A stretch of DNA of 48,209 nt from Clostridiales bacterium (GCA_012800055.1 JAAZKA010000075.1:1-48209); one strand, 5' to 3'; positions 33,517-42,834 are shown, numbered from the stretch's first letter. Numbers and translations are program-made. The notes: generated by a model not told the origin, from the sequence alone.

Positions 33517-33545
33517 ACTATACCACATCCGCACTCGCATTTCAA
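33517..33545 (-). promoter_or_regulatory. mutY promoter (probably leaderless transcript)
   Basis: Minus strand TTGAAA-17 bp-TATAGT with extended TG, 7 nt before the ATG. Confidence 0.7.
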
Positions 33546-33763
33546 GCGGGATTTGTGTACGCGGGTATAATTCATCGCAGGAATGAGAATATATGCGCCC
33601 TTTTGCGTCGGTCTGTCATATGCTGTATGGGAATCTTCGTACGCAAGCACGCTGAATTTTCGTATGCCATTAGTTTTCGTAATATGCAGAAGAACGCTTG
33701 AATTTTATCCGAAATTCGTGTATACTATAAAACCAAACACATCATACGATAGGAGCCAGATAT

Positions 33764-34633
33764 ATGAAGTTTTTCTGCAGGAACAAACGCTTCTACAAAG
33801 GCAACCTCCATACGCATACGCGCCTGTCGGACGGCCGTAAAACCCCGGATGAAGCTGTCGCACTGTATAAAGCCCACGGCTATGACTTCATCGCCATCAC
33901 CGACCACCGCAAACGCTTCCCCGGCTGCGAAACCTCCGACTTCATTGTCCTCTCCGGCGGCGAGTACCACTACCAGCCCGGTCTCACCGCCTACCACATC
34001 CTCGGTATCGACCTCAAGGATGACGTCATCACCGACGACTCCACCGAGCCGCAGGAGATCATCGACCGCGTCATCGCCGCCGGCGGCTTCCCCATCCTCG
34101 CCCACCCGTCGTGGTCGCTCATGACGCCCGACGAAGCCCTCGCGCTGCACGGCTATGAAGCCGTTGAAATCTACAACGGCATCTCGGCGGCGTATGCCAA
34201 CCGCGGCGTCTCCGACCAGTTCATCGATATCTGCGCCACGCGTGACCGTATCACCGGTATTATCGCCGACGACGACGCGCACTTCTACGATTATGACTTC
34301 TGCCGCGGATTCATCATGGTGCAGCCGGAAGCGTTCACCACCGAGGCGATTATGAAAGCCATCCGCGAGCGGAAATACTACGCGTCCACGGGACCGAAGA
34401 TGTTCCAGCTCGAGCGCGATGATGCGAGCGTGATTAAGGTCGACTGTGAGGAGGTCGAAGAAATCTACTTCATGTCGAATACCTGGTTTACTTCGACGAG
34501 GACGGTGAGGAAGCCGGAGGGCGGAACGCTGACGCATGCGGAGTATACGCCGGCGGCGCGGGACAAGTGGGTGAGAGTGGAAGGGAAGGCGAAGGACGGC
34601 ACGCGGTTCTGGTCGAACATAATCGAGCTGTAG
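33764..34633 (+). CDS. PHP-domain metallohydrolase (CehA/McbA-like)
   Basis: KGNLHTHTRLSDG, AITDH, AHP, EIYN and DDAH motifs; AGGAG RBS. Confidence 0.85.
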   Translation: MKFFCRNKRFYKGNLHTHTRLSDGRKTPDEAVALYKAHGYDFIAITDHRKRFPGCETSDFIVLSGGEYHYQPGLTAYHILGIDLKDDVITDDSTEPQEIIDRVIAAGGFPILAHPSWSLMTPDEALALHGYEAVEIYNGISAAYANRGVSDQFIDICATRDRITGIIADDDAHFYDYDFCRGFIMVQPEAFTTEAIMKAIRERKYYASTGPKMFQLERDDASVIKVDCEEVEEIYFMSNTWFTSTRTVRKPEGGTLTHAEYTPAARDKWVRVEGKAKDGTRFWSNIIEL

Positions 34634-34709
34634 GTGCGCCGCGTCCGTGCTCCCGTCGTACCCTGCCCCCGCCGGCAGCGCTTCGCACGAATCCCCGTCT
34701 TCTGTCGGC

Positions 34710-34782
34710 ATTCCCGATAGTTGACATAAAATCCGCGCGGCTTTCCCGATATGGGAAGGCCGCGCGGTGATGTGTCGGGAAT
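34710..34782. terminator. Nested long hairpin between convergent genes
   Basis: Inner CCGCGCGGCTTTCCC-gatat-GGGAAGGCCGCGCGG; outer ATTCCCGA...TCGGGAAT. Confidence 0.6.
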
Positions 34783-36059
34783 TATTCGAATTTGCTGCGA
34801 TCTGCCCACAGCCCGAGTGCCGGGTTCGGGATGTAGTAGATCTCCTCGCCGTCGACGGTGTTCCAGCCGTCGCGGAGCTTCGCCGGATCGTACTTCGCGG
34901 CAGCCTCGTCGTACGGGATATAGTCGAACGCCACACCACGTACCTCGTCCTCGGTCAGCAGCTTCGTGCAGTAGGTGATCGAGAAGCGCCCGTCGGATGA
35001 ACCGTGAATCAGATGCGCCGCGACGGACAGGTTCTCACGCAAGTCGGCATTCTCCTCAACCAGTTTCAGAACGTTCTCGCGTCCGACATAGCCGTACTTG
35101 CGGATGAGCAAGTCGTTCTCAGGATCCTCGCCGAATTTGTCGACACCCGGTGCCAGTACGATCAGCTCGCCGCCGTCCGCGATCGCCATGCGCGTGCGGT
35201 AGACGGCCTTGTTGCCCAGCCAGGTAGACTTGAACTCGCCCGCATCGAGCATGACGACGACCTTTTTGAAAGGCTTCTCCGGGAAGATCAGATTTTTCTT
35301 CTGTGCCAGCGCCACCGCCGCCTCGAATTTTTCACGCTCGCGTCCGATAAATAAACCGTGTACGCGGATGTGTCCGCCGGGCGCTGTCGTGACGGTCAGC
35401 ACATAGCACACCGGGATGTTCATGAGGAAGTGCTCCTCGGCGTAGTCGAACACGTCGCGCACCGGCGTGTGGTCACGGCCCATGATGCGCTCCATACCGT
35501 AGAACGCACCGAGCATGTGGGAGTTGTTGATCATGCTCGCGCCGCCGCAGCCGACGAAGATATTCTTGTTGCGGTTCGCCATCCCGACAACCTCATGCGG
35601 TACAACCTGTCCCAGCGACAGGATCAGATCGTACGACGGATCGAGCAGCACACGGTTGACCTCGACGTCGATGGGCGTCGTGACCAGACCCTCGCTGATA
35701 GAGGCGACATACTCTCCGGGCACCTCGCCGATCTTCACGACGTCTTCGCGCCAGTTGTGGACGATGAAGCGGTCGAAGGGGATGTCCGGGCCGAACATCT
35801 CGAGCGCTTCCTTACGGGTAACGGGCACATGCGTACCGAGCGTGGGAAGGATGTCAATCTCGCAGGTATCTTTCAGCTCAGCATAGTACATTGCCGTGAG
35901 CTGTCCGGCGTAGGAGTGGAAGCGGGTGTAATCCGGCGGCAGCAGCAGGACTTTGCGCAGCCTGTCTTTGCAGTCGGAGAGGGATTCGCGTACGGCCGCG
36001 CGGATTTCGTCAACGCTTAAGCCCATGTCGGTCGGCGCAATTCTGATGAGTGATTTCAT
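34782..36059 (-). CDS. LarA-family (lactate racemase domain) racemase/epimerase, candidate gluconate/mannonate 2-epimerase
   Basis: PPDYTR, LGTH, HNW, VVPHEVVGMANRNK and NNSH correspond to the LarA catalytic His and cofactor-binding Lys/His motifs. Confidence 0.85.
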   Translation of the reverse strand: MKSLIRIAPTDMGLSVDEIRAAVRESLSDCKDRLRKVLLLPPDYTRFHSYAGQLTAMYYAELKDTCEIDILPTLGTHVPVTRKEALEMFGPDIPFDRFIVHNWREDVVKIGEVPGEYVASISEGLVTTPIDVEVNRVLLDPSYDLILSLGQVVPHEVVGMANRNKNIFVGCGGASMINNSHMLGAFYGMERIMGRDHTPVRDVFDYAEEHFLMNIPVCYVLTVTTAPGGHIRVHGLFIGREREKFEAAVALAQKKNLIFPEKPFKKVVVMLDAGEFKSTWLGNKAVYRTRMAIADGGELIVLAPGVDKFGEDPENDLLIRKYGYVGRENVLKLVEENADLRENLSVAAHLIHGSSDGRFSITYCTKLLTEDEVRGVAFDYIPYDEAAAKYDPAKLRDGWNTVDGEEIYYIPNPALGLWADRSKFE

Positions 36060-36090
36060 AACGGTGGTATCCTTTCATAAAAGTGGTAAA

Positions 36091-36168
36091 CTTGTGGGAA
36101 TGCTGCCGGAGGTATCGGCGAACGCATTCCGGTGTGGTTACACCGGTGTGACGAAAGTACGGGAGTTT
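36091..36168 (-). repeat. Copy of a ~80-bp degenerate intergenic element
   Basis: 36141-36168 matches 38289-38316 at 22/28 nt; shared GGGAATGC box about 50 nt to the left. Confidence 0.55.
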
Positions 36169-36210
36169 ACAAACCTCCTGACGGAGGCATATAGGGAAGC
36201 ACCGGAGACG

Positions 36211-38220
36211 TCAATAGAAGACGTCGAGGATGGTCATCCCGGCGGGCTGAAGCTTGGTCTGGAATTTGCGTGTGGGATTTTCCCGGTCGTAGTCAAACGC
36301 AAAGCTGACGTTCAAGTCGGAGACATAGCGCGGCGACTGGACGGGGAACAGACTCACCGGTACGACGCGCGCAGTGGCCTTCGGTGCGGTGATGACCGCA
36401 TAGTGATAATGGTTCTCGTAGGAGTTGAAGATGTAAAGCCGGTCGCGGTCGGGCAGCGTGAATGCGGCGAAGGGCTGCGTGCAGGTGTAGGGACAATCCG
36501 CCGTCAGCATCGCACCGATCGCGCAGAGGAATCCGTCGGTCAGCTTCGTAAACGGCAGCTCGCGGTTGAGTGGGTACACGTTGTCATCCTCCCCGGCGTG
36601 GGAAGGCTTGCCGTCGTCGCTGAACGTGAGCGCGGCTTCGGAAACAACACCGTTCACCAGGAATGCCGTCAGCGGATAGTCGCTGTACACGTCGGTTACC
36701 TCCGCCGAGGGAGTGACATACGGCGTCAGGTCGAAGCCTGCCGGTACTGTGCCGACAAGAACGCCCCGGTACGCCGCGACGGTCTTCCGTTCGTCCTCGG
36801 GCAGCAGGTCGAAGTTCGGTACGAACAGCGGCCCCGTATAGCCGGTCAACTCCTCTACACGGACAGCCGTCGGCAGCGGATACCCGCGCTTGAACAGCTC
36901 GAACGCCTGCTTGTGTACGGAGGTGCGGCGCGTCGCTATATAGGCGGTGATCATAGCGGAGTTCGCGGTGTCCGACCAGAGGACCGCCGGCGACAGGCTC
37001 CGGACGGCGTTGTTCGAGAACGCCGCTTCGAAGCGCTCACGCATAAAGTCCCAGCTCTCGCGCATAATACCGTCGCCCAGGCACAGGAACAGCCCGTCGA
37101 GCGCCGGTTTCATCGCGCCGTCCGAAATCCGCCGCGCCATCGTCATCGTGTACAGGTCGCGCTCGAGCTTGCACGGCGCGTGGTGCAGCACGTCCCACTC
37201 CTCGGTGGCGTCCTGCACGCCGAGCATCGACACGACCTCGCCCGCGCCGTTGACCTGCGCCGACAGCAGCGGCGTGATCATGTGGTAGCGGTGGAAGAAA
37301 TACTCCCGCTTCGGGTTATTCAGCGCGACGCTTGTCGGCAGCACGTTCGCCGTGATCATGTCCGCGCCCGCCCGCATCACCGCGCCAGTATCGAATCCGT
37401 AGATCATCATCGTCTCGAACGGATCGGTACAATACATCCCGAGGAACGCGACCTTCTTCCCCAGCGCGTGGACACGTCCGCAGAGCTTTCTGAAAAACCG
37501 CTCCCACCGCCGCATGTAGAACCGCAGCCATTCCTCCCGCAGATGCTCCCACACGTAATCCGCCCGCAGGTTGACCGCCGCCTCGTCCTCATGCCCCAGC
37601 GTTGCCGTGACATCTTCCGGCAGCGTCAGGCCGGTGTCGTCCAGAAACTGCCCGAGCATATCGCTCGACCAGTCGCAGATATAACGGTTGCCGTTGGGAC
37701 AGAAACCGTCGGCGATGTGGACGCCCTCGAAATCATAGTCGACCAGCGCCTGACAGAGCTTGTCGATGAAGAAATCCTCATACCGGCTCCCGTCCTTCAG
37801 CCGCTTGAGGCAGTGCAGCCACCCTATCTTATGCCGCTCGGTCGAGCGCAGCTCCTGATGGTCCGTCAGCCACTCTTTGTGGAACATATCCTCGAGATAC
37901 GGCCCCATGATCCCCATCCACATCCCCACGCCGCGCGCCTTGAGGGCCGCATTCAGCCCGCGCAGATCGTAGTTCGTCCACGGCTGCCGCGCGCGCTCCC
38001 GGTTTTTCGGCACCGCGTAGTAGGAACAGTTGTCCGGGAACAGCGGATATTCCTCGTCCATGCCCCGGTGGAGATGTACAAAGTCGGGGTGGTACAGCAG
38101 CGCGCACAGACCGGCCGGCGTAAATCCGAGGCGGTCGAGATAGCCCGCCGCACCGTGGTCGGGTGCGTCACGGTCGAAGCCGAGAAGCTGCAGCCAGATG
38201 TAAACCTTGCCGTTTTTCAT
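36211..38220 (-). CDS. Hypothetical 669-aa protein, possibly glycoside-hydrolase-like
   Basis: AGAAAGG RBS before ATG 38220; YDFEGVHIADG resembles a TIM-barrel strand-acid motif; no signal peptide. Confidence 0.75.
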   Translation of the reverse strand: MKNGKVYIWLQLLGFDRDAPDHGAAGYLDRLGFTPAGLCALLYHPDFVHLHRGMDEEYPLFPDNCSYYAVPKNRERARQPWTNYDLRGLNAALKARGVGMWMGIMGPYLEDMFHKEWLTDHQELRSTERHKIGWLHCLKRLKDGSRYEDFFIDKLCQALVDYDFEGVHIADGFCPNGNRYICDWSSDMLGQFLDDTGLTLPEDVTATLGHEDEAAVNLRADYVWEHLREEWLRFYMRRWERFFRKLCGRVHALGKKVAFLGMYCTDPFETMMIYGFDTGAVMRAGADMITANVLPTSVALNNPKREYFFHRYHMITPLLSAQVNGAGEVVSMLGVQDATEEWDVLHHAPCKLERDLYTMTMARRISDGAMKPALDGLFLCLGDGIMRESWDFMRERFEAAFSNNAVRSLSPAVLWSDTANSAMITAYIATRRTSVHKQAFELFKRGYPLPTAVRVEELTGYTGPLFVPNFDLLPEDERKTVAAYRGVLVGTVPAGFDLTPYVTPSAEVTDVYSDYPLTAFLVNGVVSEAALTFSDDGKPSHAGEDDNVYPLNRELPFTKLTDGFLCAIGAMLTADCPYTCTQPFAAFTLPDRDRLYIFNSYENHYHYAVITAPKATARVVPVSLFPVQSPRYVSDLNVSFAFDYDRENPTRKFQTKLQPAGMTILDVFY

Positions 38221-38239
38221 ACGGTCGCCGCCTTTCTTA

Positions 38240-38316
38240 CTTTCGGGAATGCCGGGCACACGCGCGCGGACGTAAATACGCTGCGGTGCACCGATGTGAC
38301 GAGATTGCGGAAGTTG
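38240..38316 (-). repeat. Copy of a ~80-bp degenerate intergenic element
   Basis: Similar to 36091-36168; 38240-38255 matches 47237-47252 at 15/16 nt. Confidence 0.55.
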
Positions 38317-38329
38317 AATACACCGTAAA

Positions 38330-39046
38330 CTATGGTGTGATCTCGTGGTGCAGCCCGCGCGAGCTGATCGGTTCGTTCCCGGCGTAGAGGTGGGACGTAT
38401 CACCGATGCTCAGGATGCGGGCGACGGCTACAGGGTCGTCGGAGAAGAAGCGCTCCATCAGCACGGTGGCGACGGAAGCCGTCGGGGTCATCGTCGTGTT
38501 CCATAAAAGCGGCACAGAGACATGCATCAAGTGTGCAAGCAGCGCAGTCCCCAGCCCCTGATGGCAGAACAGCGCCACCACCGTATCCTGCGCGTCGGGA
38601 AGAATGTCGTAATACATCCCGTTGCGTACATAGCCGTACTTCGCCGTCAGCACGTCAAATTCCGCGAAAACATGTTCAAGATACTCTGCAACCCCGGCAT
38701 CGCGGAACATCGGCAGCGTCTTCCACTTCTCCGCGTCGGTGATTTCGGGGTATTTCGTCCACGCACGGGGCGGATACGCAAACCAGTACGGCCGCTCGGG
38801 ATATTCCTCCCATGAGATCGGGTAAGGCACCTCACGCAGCCAGTCCGTATATTCCGCCGTCAGCCCGAGGCGGTCAAGTGTCGGCTGCGCGGTCTGCATC
38901 GCACGTCCCATCGTCGAGCAATACACCGCAGTGATCGGTTCCTTCGCAAGACGGTCTGAAAGCAGCGCTGCCTCACGTCTGCCCTTCTCGGTCAGTCCGT
39001 CGACGGTGTAGTCCGGGTCGCCGTGGCGGATGATAATAAATCTCAT
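38330..39046 (-). CDS. Histidine phosphatase family protein
   Basis: IRHG, CSTMGRAMQTA, LRE and CHQG motifs; GAGG RBS before ATG 39046. Confidence 0.9.
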   Translation of the reverse strand: MRFIIIRHGDPDYTVDGLTEKGRREAALLSDRLAKEPITAVYCSTMGRAMQTAQPTLDRLGLTAEYTDWLREVPYPISWEEYPERPYWFAYPPRAWTKYPEITDAEKWKTLPMFRDAGVAEYLEHVFAEFDVLTAKYGYVRNGMYYDILPDAQDTVVALFCHQGLGTALLAHLMHVSVPLLWNTTMTPTASVATVLMERFFSDDPVAVARILSIGDTSHLYAGNEPISSRGLHHEITP

Positions 39047-39063
39047 AGTCACCTCATGGAAAC

Positions 39064-39101
39064 TCGAAAAGGGATGGAATATCCACCCCTTCTCGGATTT
39101 T
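39064..39101. terminator. Hairpin between gnd and the histidine phosphatase gene
   Basis: CGAAAAGGGATGGA-ata-TCCACCCCTTCTCG imperfect inverted repeat. Confidence 0.5.
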
Positions 39102-39110
39102 TCAAGATTA

Positions 39111-40571
39111 TTACGCGATATAGGTGGACGCGGAGGTATCGCCGCCGCGGCCGGTCCAGTTGGTGTGGAAGAACTCGCCGCGCGCGCGGTCGATACGCTC
39201 GTAGGTGTGCGCGCCGAAATAGTCGCGCTGCGCCTGCAGGAGGTTCTGCGGCAGATGCTCGCAGCGGTATCCGTCGAAGTAAGTGAGCGCGGAGGAGAAC
39301 GCCGGGGTCGGCAGTCCGGCCATCGTCGCGGTCGAGACAACCTTGCGCCACGCCGGCACGAGGGAGAGGATCTTCTCCTTGAAGTACGGGTCGAGCAGCA
39401 GGTTCGACAGCGCCGGGTCCCTGTCGTAGGCTTCCTTGATCTTGCCGAGGAAGACCGAGCGGATGATGCAGCCGCCGCGCCACATGAGGGCGATGCCTCC
39501 GTAGTTGAGGTTCCAGCCGTAGGTCTTGGCAGCGGAACGCATGAGGGTGTAGCCCTGGGCGTAGGAGATGATTTTAGAGGCGAGCAGCGCGCCGCGGATA
39601 TTCTCAACAAACGCGGTCTTTTCCTCAGCCGTGCCGGAGAACTTCCCGCAGCTGCCGCCGAGGATGCCGGACGCCTCGACACGCTCATCCTTCAAAGCAG
39701 ACAGGAAGCGGGCGAAGACAGCCTCTCCGATGAGCGTGAGCGGAATGCCCTCATCGAGCGCGGCGATGGCGGTCCACTTGCCGGTCCCCTTCTGGCCGGC
39801 GGTGTCGAGAATCTTATCGACAATCGACGAGCCGTCGGCATCCTTGTACGCGAGGATGTCGCGGGTGATCTCGATGAGGTAGGAGTCGAGGTCGGTCTTA
39901 TTCCACGCGGCGAAGACTTCGTGCATCTCGTCGTTGGACATGCCGAGGTAGTCGCGCATGAGATGGTAGGCTTCGCAGATGAGCTGCATGTCGCCGTACT
40001 CGATGCCGTTGTGAACCATCTTGACAAAGTGACCCGCGCCGTTTTCGCCGACCCAGTCGCAGCAGGGCGAGCCGTCTTCGACGTGCGCGCAGATGGACTG
40101 GAAGATATCCTTGACATGCGGCCACGCGGCAGGCGATCCGCCGGGCATCATGGACGGGCCGAGCAGTGCGCCTTCCTCACCGCCGGACACACCGGTGCCG
40201 ATGTACAGAAAGCCGCGGCTCTCGAGGTCCGCACAGCGGCGGATGGTATCCGGAAAGTGGGAGTTTCCGCCGTCAATGATGATGTCGCCCGGCTCAAGGA
40301 CGGTCAAGAGCTTCTCGATGAAGTCATCGACCGGCTGTCCGGCTTTGACCATCAGCATCACGCGGCGCGGCTTCTTAAGATTTGCAGCCAGCTCCTCGAG
40401 AGAGTAGGTACCGATGATGTTTTTGCCCTTCGCACGACCTTCAACAAACTTCGTGACCTTATCGGTCGTGCGGTTGAACACCGCGACGGTAAAACCCTTG
40501 GACTCCATGTTCATCACAAGGTTTTCACCCATGACGGCAAGTCCGATCAGACCGATGTCTGCTTTTTTCAT
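39111..40571 (-). CDS. gndA: 6-phosphogluconate dehydrogenase, decarboxylating (NADP-dependent, long form)
   Basis: GLIGLAVMG, FNRT, VSGGEEGA, VKMVHNGIEYGDMQ, QKGTG and QAQRDYFGAHTY motifs. Confidence 0.98.
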   Translation of the reverse strand: MKKADIGLIGLAVMGENLVMNMESKGFTVAVFNRTTDKVTKFVEGRAKGKNIIGTYSLEELAANLKKPRRVMLMVKAGQPVDDFIEKLLTVLEPGDIIIDGGNSHFPDTIRRCADLESRGFLYIGTGVSGGEEGALLGPSMMPGGSPAAWPHVKDIFQSICAHVEDGSPCCDWVGENGAGHFVKMVHNGIEYGDMQLICEAYHLMRDYLGMSNDEMHEVFAAWNKTDLDSYLIEITRDILAYKDADGSSIVDKILDTAGQKGTGKWTAIAALDEGIPLTLIGEAVFARFLSALKDERVEASGILGGSCGKFSGTAEEKTAFVENIRGALLASKIISYAQGYTLMRSAAKTYGWNLNYGGIALMWRGGCIIRSVFLGKIKEAYDRDPALSNLLLDPYFKEKILSLVPAWRKVVSTATMAGLPTPAFSSALTYFDGYRCEHLPQNLLQAQRDYFGAHTYERIDRARGEFFHTNWTGRGGDTSASTYIA

Positions 40572-40617
40572 AGTATACTCCTTTATGATTCTTTAGATTG
40601 TTATAAGAGTGAATCGT

Positions 40618-41694
40618 TTAGCGCTTTACTCTTGCGTTGCCCTTCCAGATATCCCAGACTTGGGACTCGTCGGCGGGCGTCGCATAGTCGGTGAGGACGG
40701 TCGTCGCGAGGACACCGGTCGCCCAGCCGAAGTGCAGGCAATCTTCGTAGGAGAAGCCCCTGAGGATACCGTAGAGCAGACCGCCGACGAAACCGTCGCC
40801 GCCGCCGATGCGGTCGAGCACCGGGATCGGACGCGGGTCTGCAACATTCCACTTGCCGCCGGCGTTGAGGATCGCGCCCCAGAGGTGCTCGTTGGCGGAG
40901 ATGACCTCACGCAGCGTTGTGGCAAAGACGGACGCGTTCGGGTAGGCCTTCTTGACCTCCTCGATCATGCCCTTAAAGCCTTCGATCTTCGCGGATAAGT
41001 CCTTGCCGCCCGCCTCCGGACCCTTGACGCCCAGAGCAAGCTGGAAGTCCTCCTCGTTGCCGATCAGAATGTCCGTGACGGATGCAATCTCGGAGAAAAT
41101 CTCGCGCAGTTCTTTCTCACGGTTCTTCCAGAACGACGCGCGGTAGTTGAGGTCAAACGAGATGCGCGTGCCGTACTTCTTCGCGGCGCGGGCAAGCTCC
41201 AGACAGAAGATGCTCGTTTCGTGGGACAGCGCACCGACCAAGCCTGACAGATGCAGAATCTGGACGCCCTCCGTGCCGAAGATGCGCTCAAGGTCGAAGT
41301 CACGGATGTTGAGCGTCAGGCCGACTTCACCGGCGCGGTCGTTGGCGACACGCGGGCCGCGCAGACCATAACCGGAATCGGCGATGTTGAACTGGTGACG
41401 GTAGCCCCACGGCCCGCCCTGCGGAACTTCGCGGCCTTCGTAGTCGATGTTGCGCAAGCGCAGACTGTTTTTGATGAACGCGGCGATCGGACTGTCCTCG
41501 ACAAACGTCGTCAGCACCTTCGTCGGAAGTCCCAGAGACGCCGAAATGTTCAGGACATTGGTCTCGGCACTGGTCGCGTGCATGAAATAGTTGGTGCTCG
41601 TGTGCACCGGCTGACGGTCGGCGGGCGTGATGCGTACGCCCATCGAGGACGGTACAACCAGCGCGTACTTGTAGTTTTCACGAAGTTTCAGCAT
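40618..41694 (-). CDS. PfkB-family sugar(-acid) kinase, KDG-kinase-like
   Basis: SAETNV, FDLNYRASFW, GNEEDF and DRIGGGDGF PfkB motifs. Confidence 0.88.
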   Translation of the reverse strand: MLKLRENYKYALVVPSSMGVRITPADRQPVHTSTNYFMHATSAETNVLNISASLGLPTKVLTTFVEDSPIAAFIKNSLRLRNIDYEGREVPQGGPWGYRHQFNIADSGYGLRGPRVANDRAGEVGLTLNIRDFDLERIFGTEGVQILHLSGLVGALSHETSIFCLELARAAKKYGTRISFDLNYRASFWKNREKELREIFSEIASVTDILIGNEEDFQLALGVKGPEAGGKDLSAKIEGFKGMIEEVKKAYPNASVFATTLREVISANEHLWGAILNAGGKWNVADPRPIPVLDRIGGGDGFVGGLLYGILRGFSYEDCLHFGWATGVLATTVLTDYATPADESQVWDIWKGNARVKR

Positions 41695-41727
41695 GATATA
41701 ACCTCCAAAAAGATAATACGAAAAAGT

Positions 41728-42765
41728 TTACAGAGATTTGTTTAACGCCGTCAGGTCGGCGCGGATGTCGCTTGCGTACTGCGCGCCTTCCATAAGATCG
41801 GACGTCCATTGGATGTAAGAGGACAGCCGCTCTCGGTCTACCGGACGCGGCGATGCCCCTGCAAAACGGTCGAAGTTCTTCGCGTAGATGTCCGCAAGCG
41901 CCGCCTCGGGCAGCTCAAAACACCGCAGCGACACTCCGCGGTACTCGATCTCATCCGCCGTCTCGAGAATCTGCCGGCACAGCAGGGTGTGCGCTTCACT
42001 CGTCGCGGCGGCGTTGTCGGTACCGAACAGCAGCCGGTTCGAGCGCCGCATCATGAAAGTGCGCCATTCGTCCCGCGCGCTGCTCATGTCCGCGTAGTGC
42101 GTGCCGGGCGTCAGGTCGAAGTTCACGTTGGGATAGCGGTCGAGAATGCCGTCGGCCTCATCGGTACTGCCCGACGCGAAGAAGAAGTGCGCGAAGGTCG
42201 TGCGCAGTCCGGGATGCCGCCGCATCGTCTCCAGAGCCTCGGCGCGTACGGTCTCAAACGACGGGTTGTCCGGCCCTGCGTACCATCCGCGCGCGATCTG
42301 CGCCGGACTCATCTTCGTGATGTCCCAAAAGAAGCGCGGGTCGTTGACGTGCGACAGTACGGGGATGTCATGCGCTTCAAGAAAGCCAAGCATCGGCTCG
42401 TAGACTGCGTCGTCCAGCGGTACGCCTGTGCGCAGCCGGACGTTGGGCTTGCCTTCGATCATCTTCACGCCGTCGAAGCCCACTGCATGGTACATCTTCA
42501 CCTGTTCCAGCAGGCTCTCTGCCGACGCCGTGCCGGTTTCCGGATGTTCAAGACTTGCAAACACGTAGACCGACGGGTCGCGCAGCTTCTGCAGCAGCCC
42601 CAGCACGTTCGAAACACCCTTCGCGCGCGGATAGTAGGACCCGCAGCCTAAAAGACAGTACTTCGCATAGCCGTGCTGCTTCATTCTTGAGGCGATGATA
42701 TCCATGTCCTGCGGGATGCTCACATGAATGTGGATGTCACACACCTGACCTGTATACATAGCCAT
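41728..42765 (-). CDS. Amidohydrolase family protein (Amidohydro_2-like)
   Basis: DIHIH, GVK, SHVND, AHFF and FGTD metal-binding pattern; GGAGGA RBS before ATG 42765. Confidence 0.85.
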   Translation of the reverse strand: MAMYTGQVCDIHIHVSIPQDMDIIASRMKQHGYAKYCLLGCGSYYPRAKGVSNVLGLLQKLRDPSVYVFASLEHPETGTASAESLLEQVKMYHAVGFDGVKMIEGKPNVRLRTGVPLDDAVYEPMLGFLEAHDIPVLSHVNDPRFFWDITKMSPAQIARGWYAGPDNPSFETVRAEALETMRRHPGLRTTFAHFFFASGSTDEADGILDRYPNVNFDLTPGTHYADMSSARDEWRTFMMRRSNRLLFGTDNAAATSEAHTLLCRQILETADEIEYRGVSLRCFELPEAALADIYAKNFDRFAGASPRPVDRERLSSYIQWTSDLMEGAQYASDIRADLTALNKSL

Positions 42766-42805
42766 TGTTCCTCCAATTAAATAAAACCATCCTATCTCAG
42801 TTTGA

Positions 42806-42834
42806 AGTATACCACAAGACCGCGCAGTTGTCAA
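42806..42834 (-). promoter_or_regulatory. Strong promoter of the amidohydrolase-kinase-gnd cluster
   Basis: Minus strand TTGACA-17 bp-TATACT with extended TG. Confidence 0.8.

Noticed and set aside
34644-38316. Repeats considered as a CRISPR array or IS ends
   Set aside because: Copies are degenerate, kilobases apart, without regular spacers, cas genes or a transposase.
35953-38328. 791-aa plus-strand ORF
   Set aside because: Antisense shadow of the 669-aa gene; no RBS or recognisable motifs. Long stop-free antisense frames are common with GC-rich codon bias.
38330-39688. 452-aa call suggesting a long histidine phosphatase fusion
   Set aside because: The extension is an alternative frame of gndA; the RHG motif sits right after ATG 39046.
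39030-40694. 554-aa plus-strand ORF opposite gndA
   Set aside because: Mirror frame of a conserved, strongly biased housekeeping gene.
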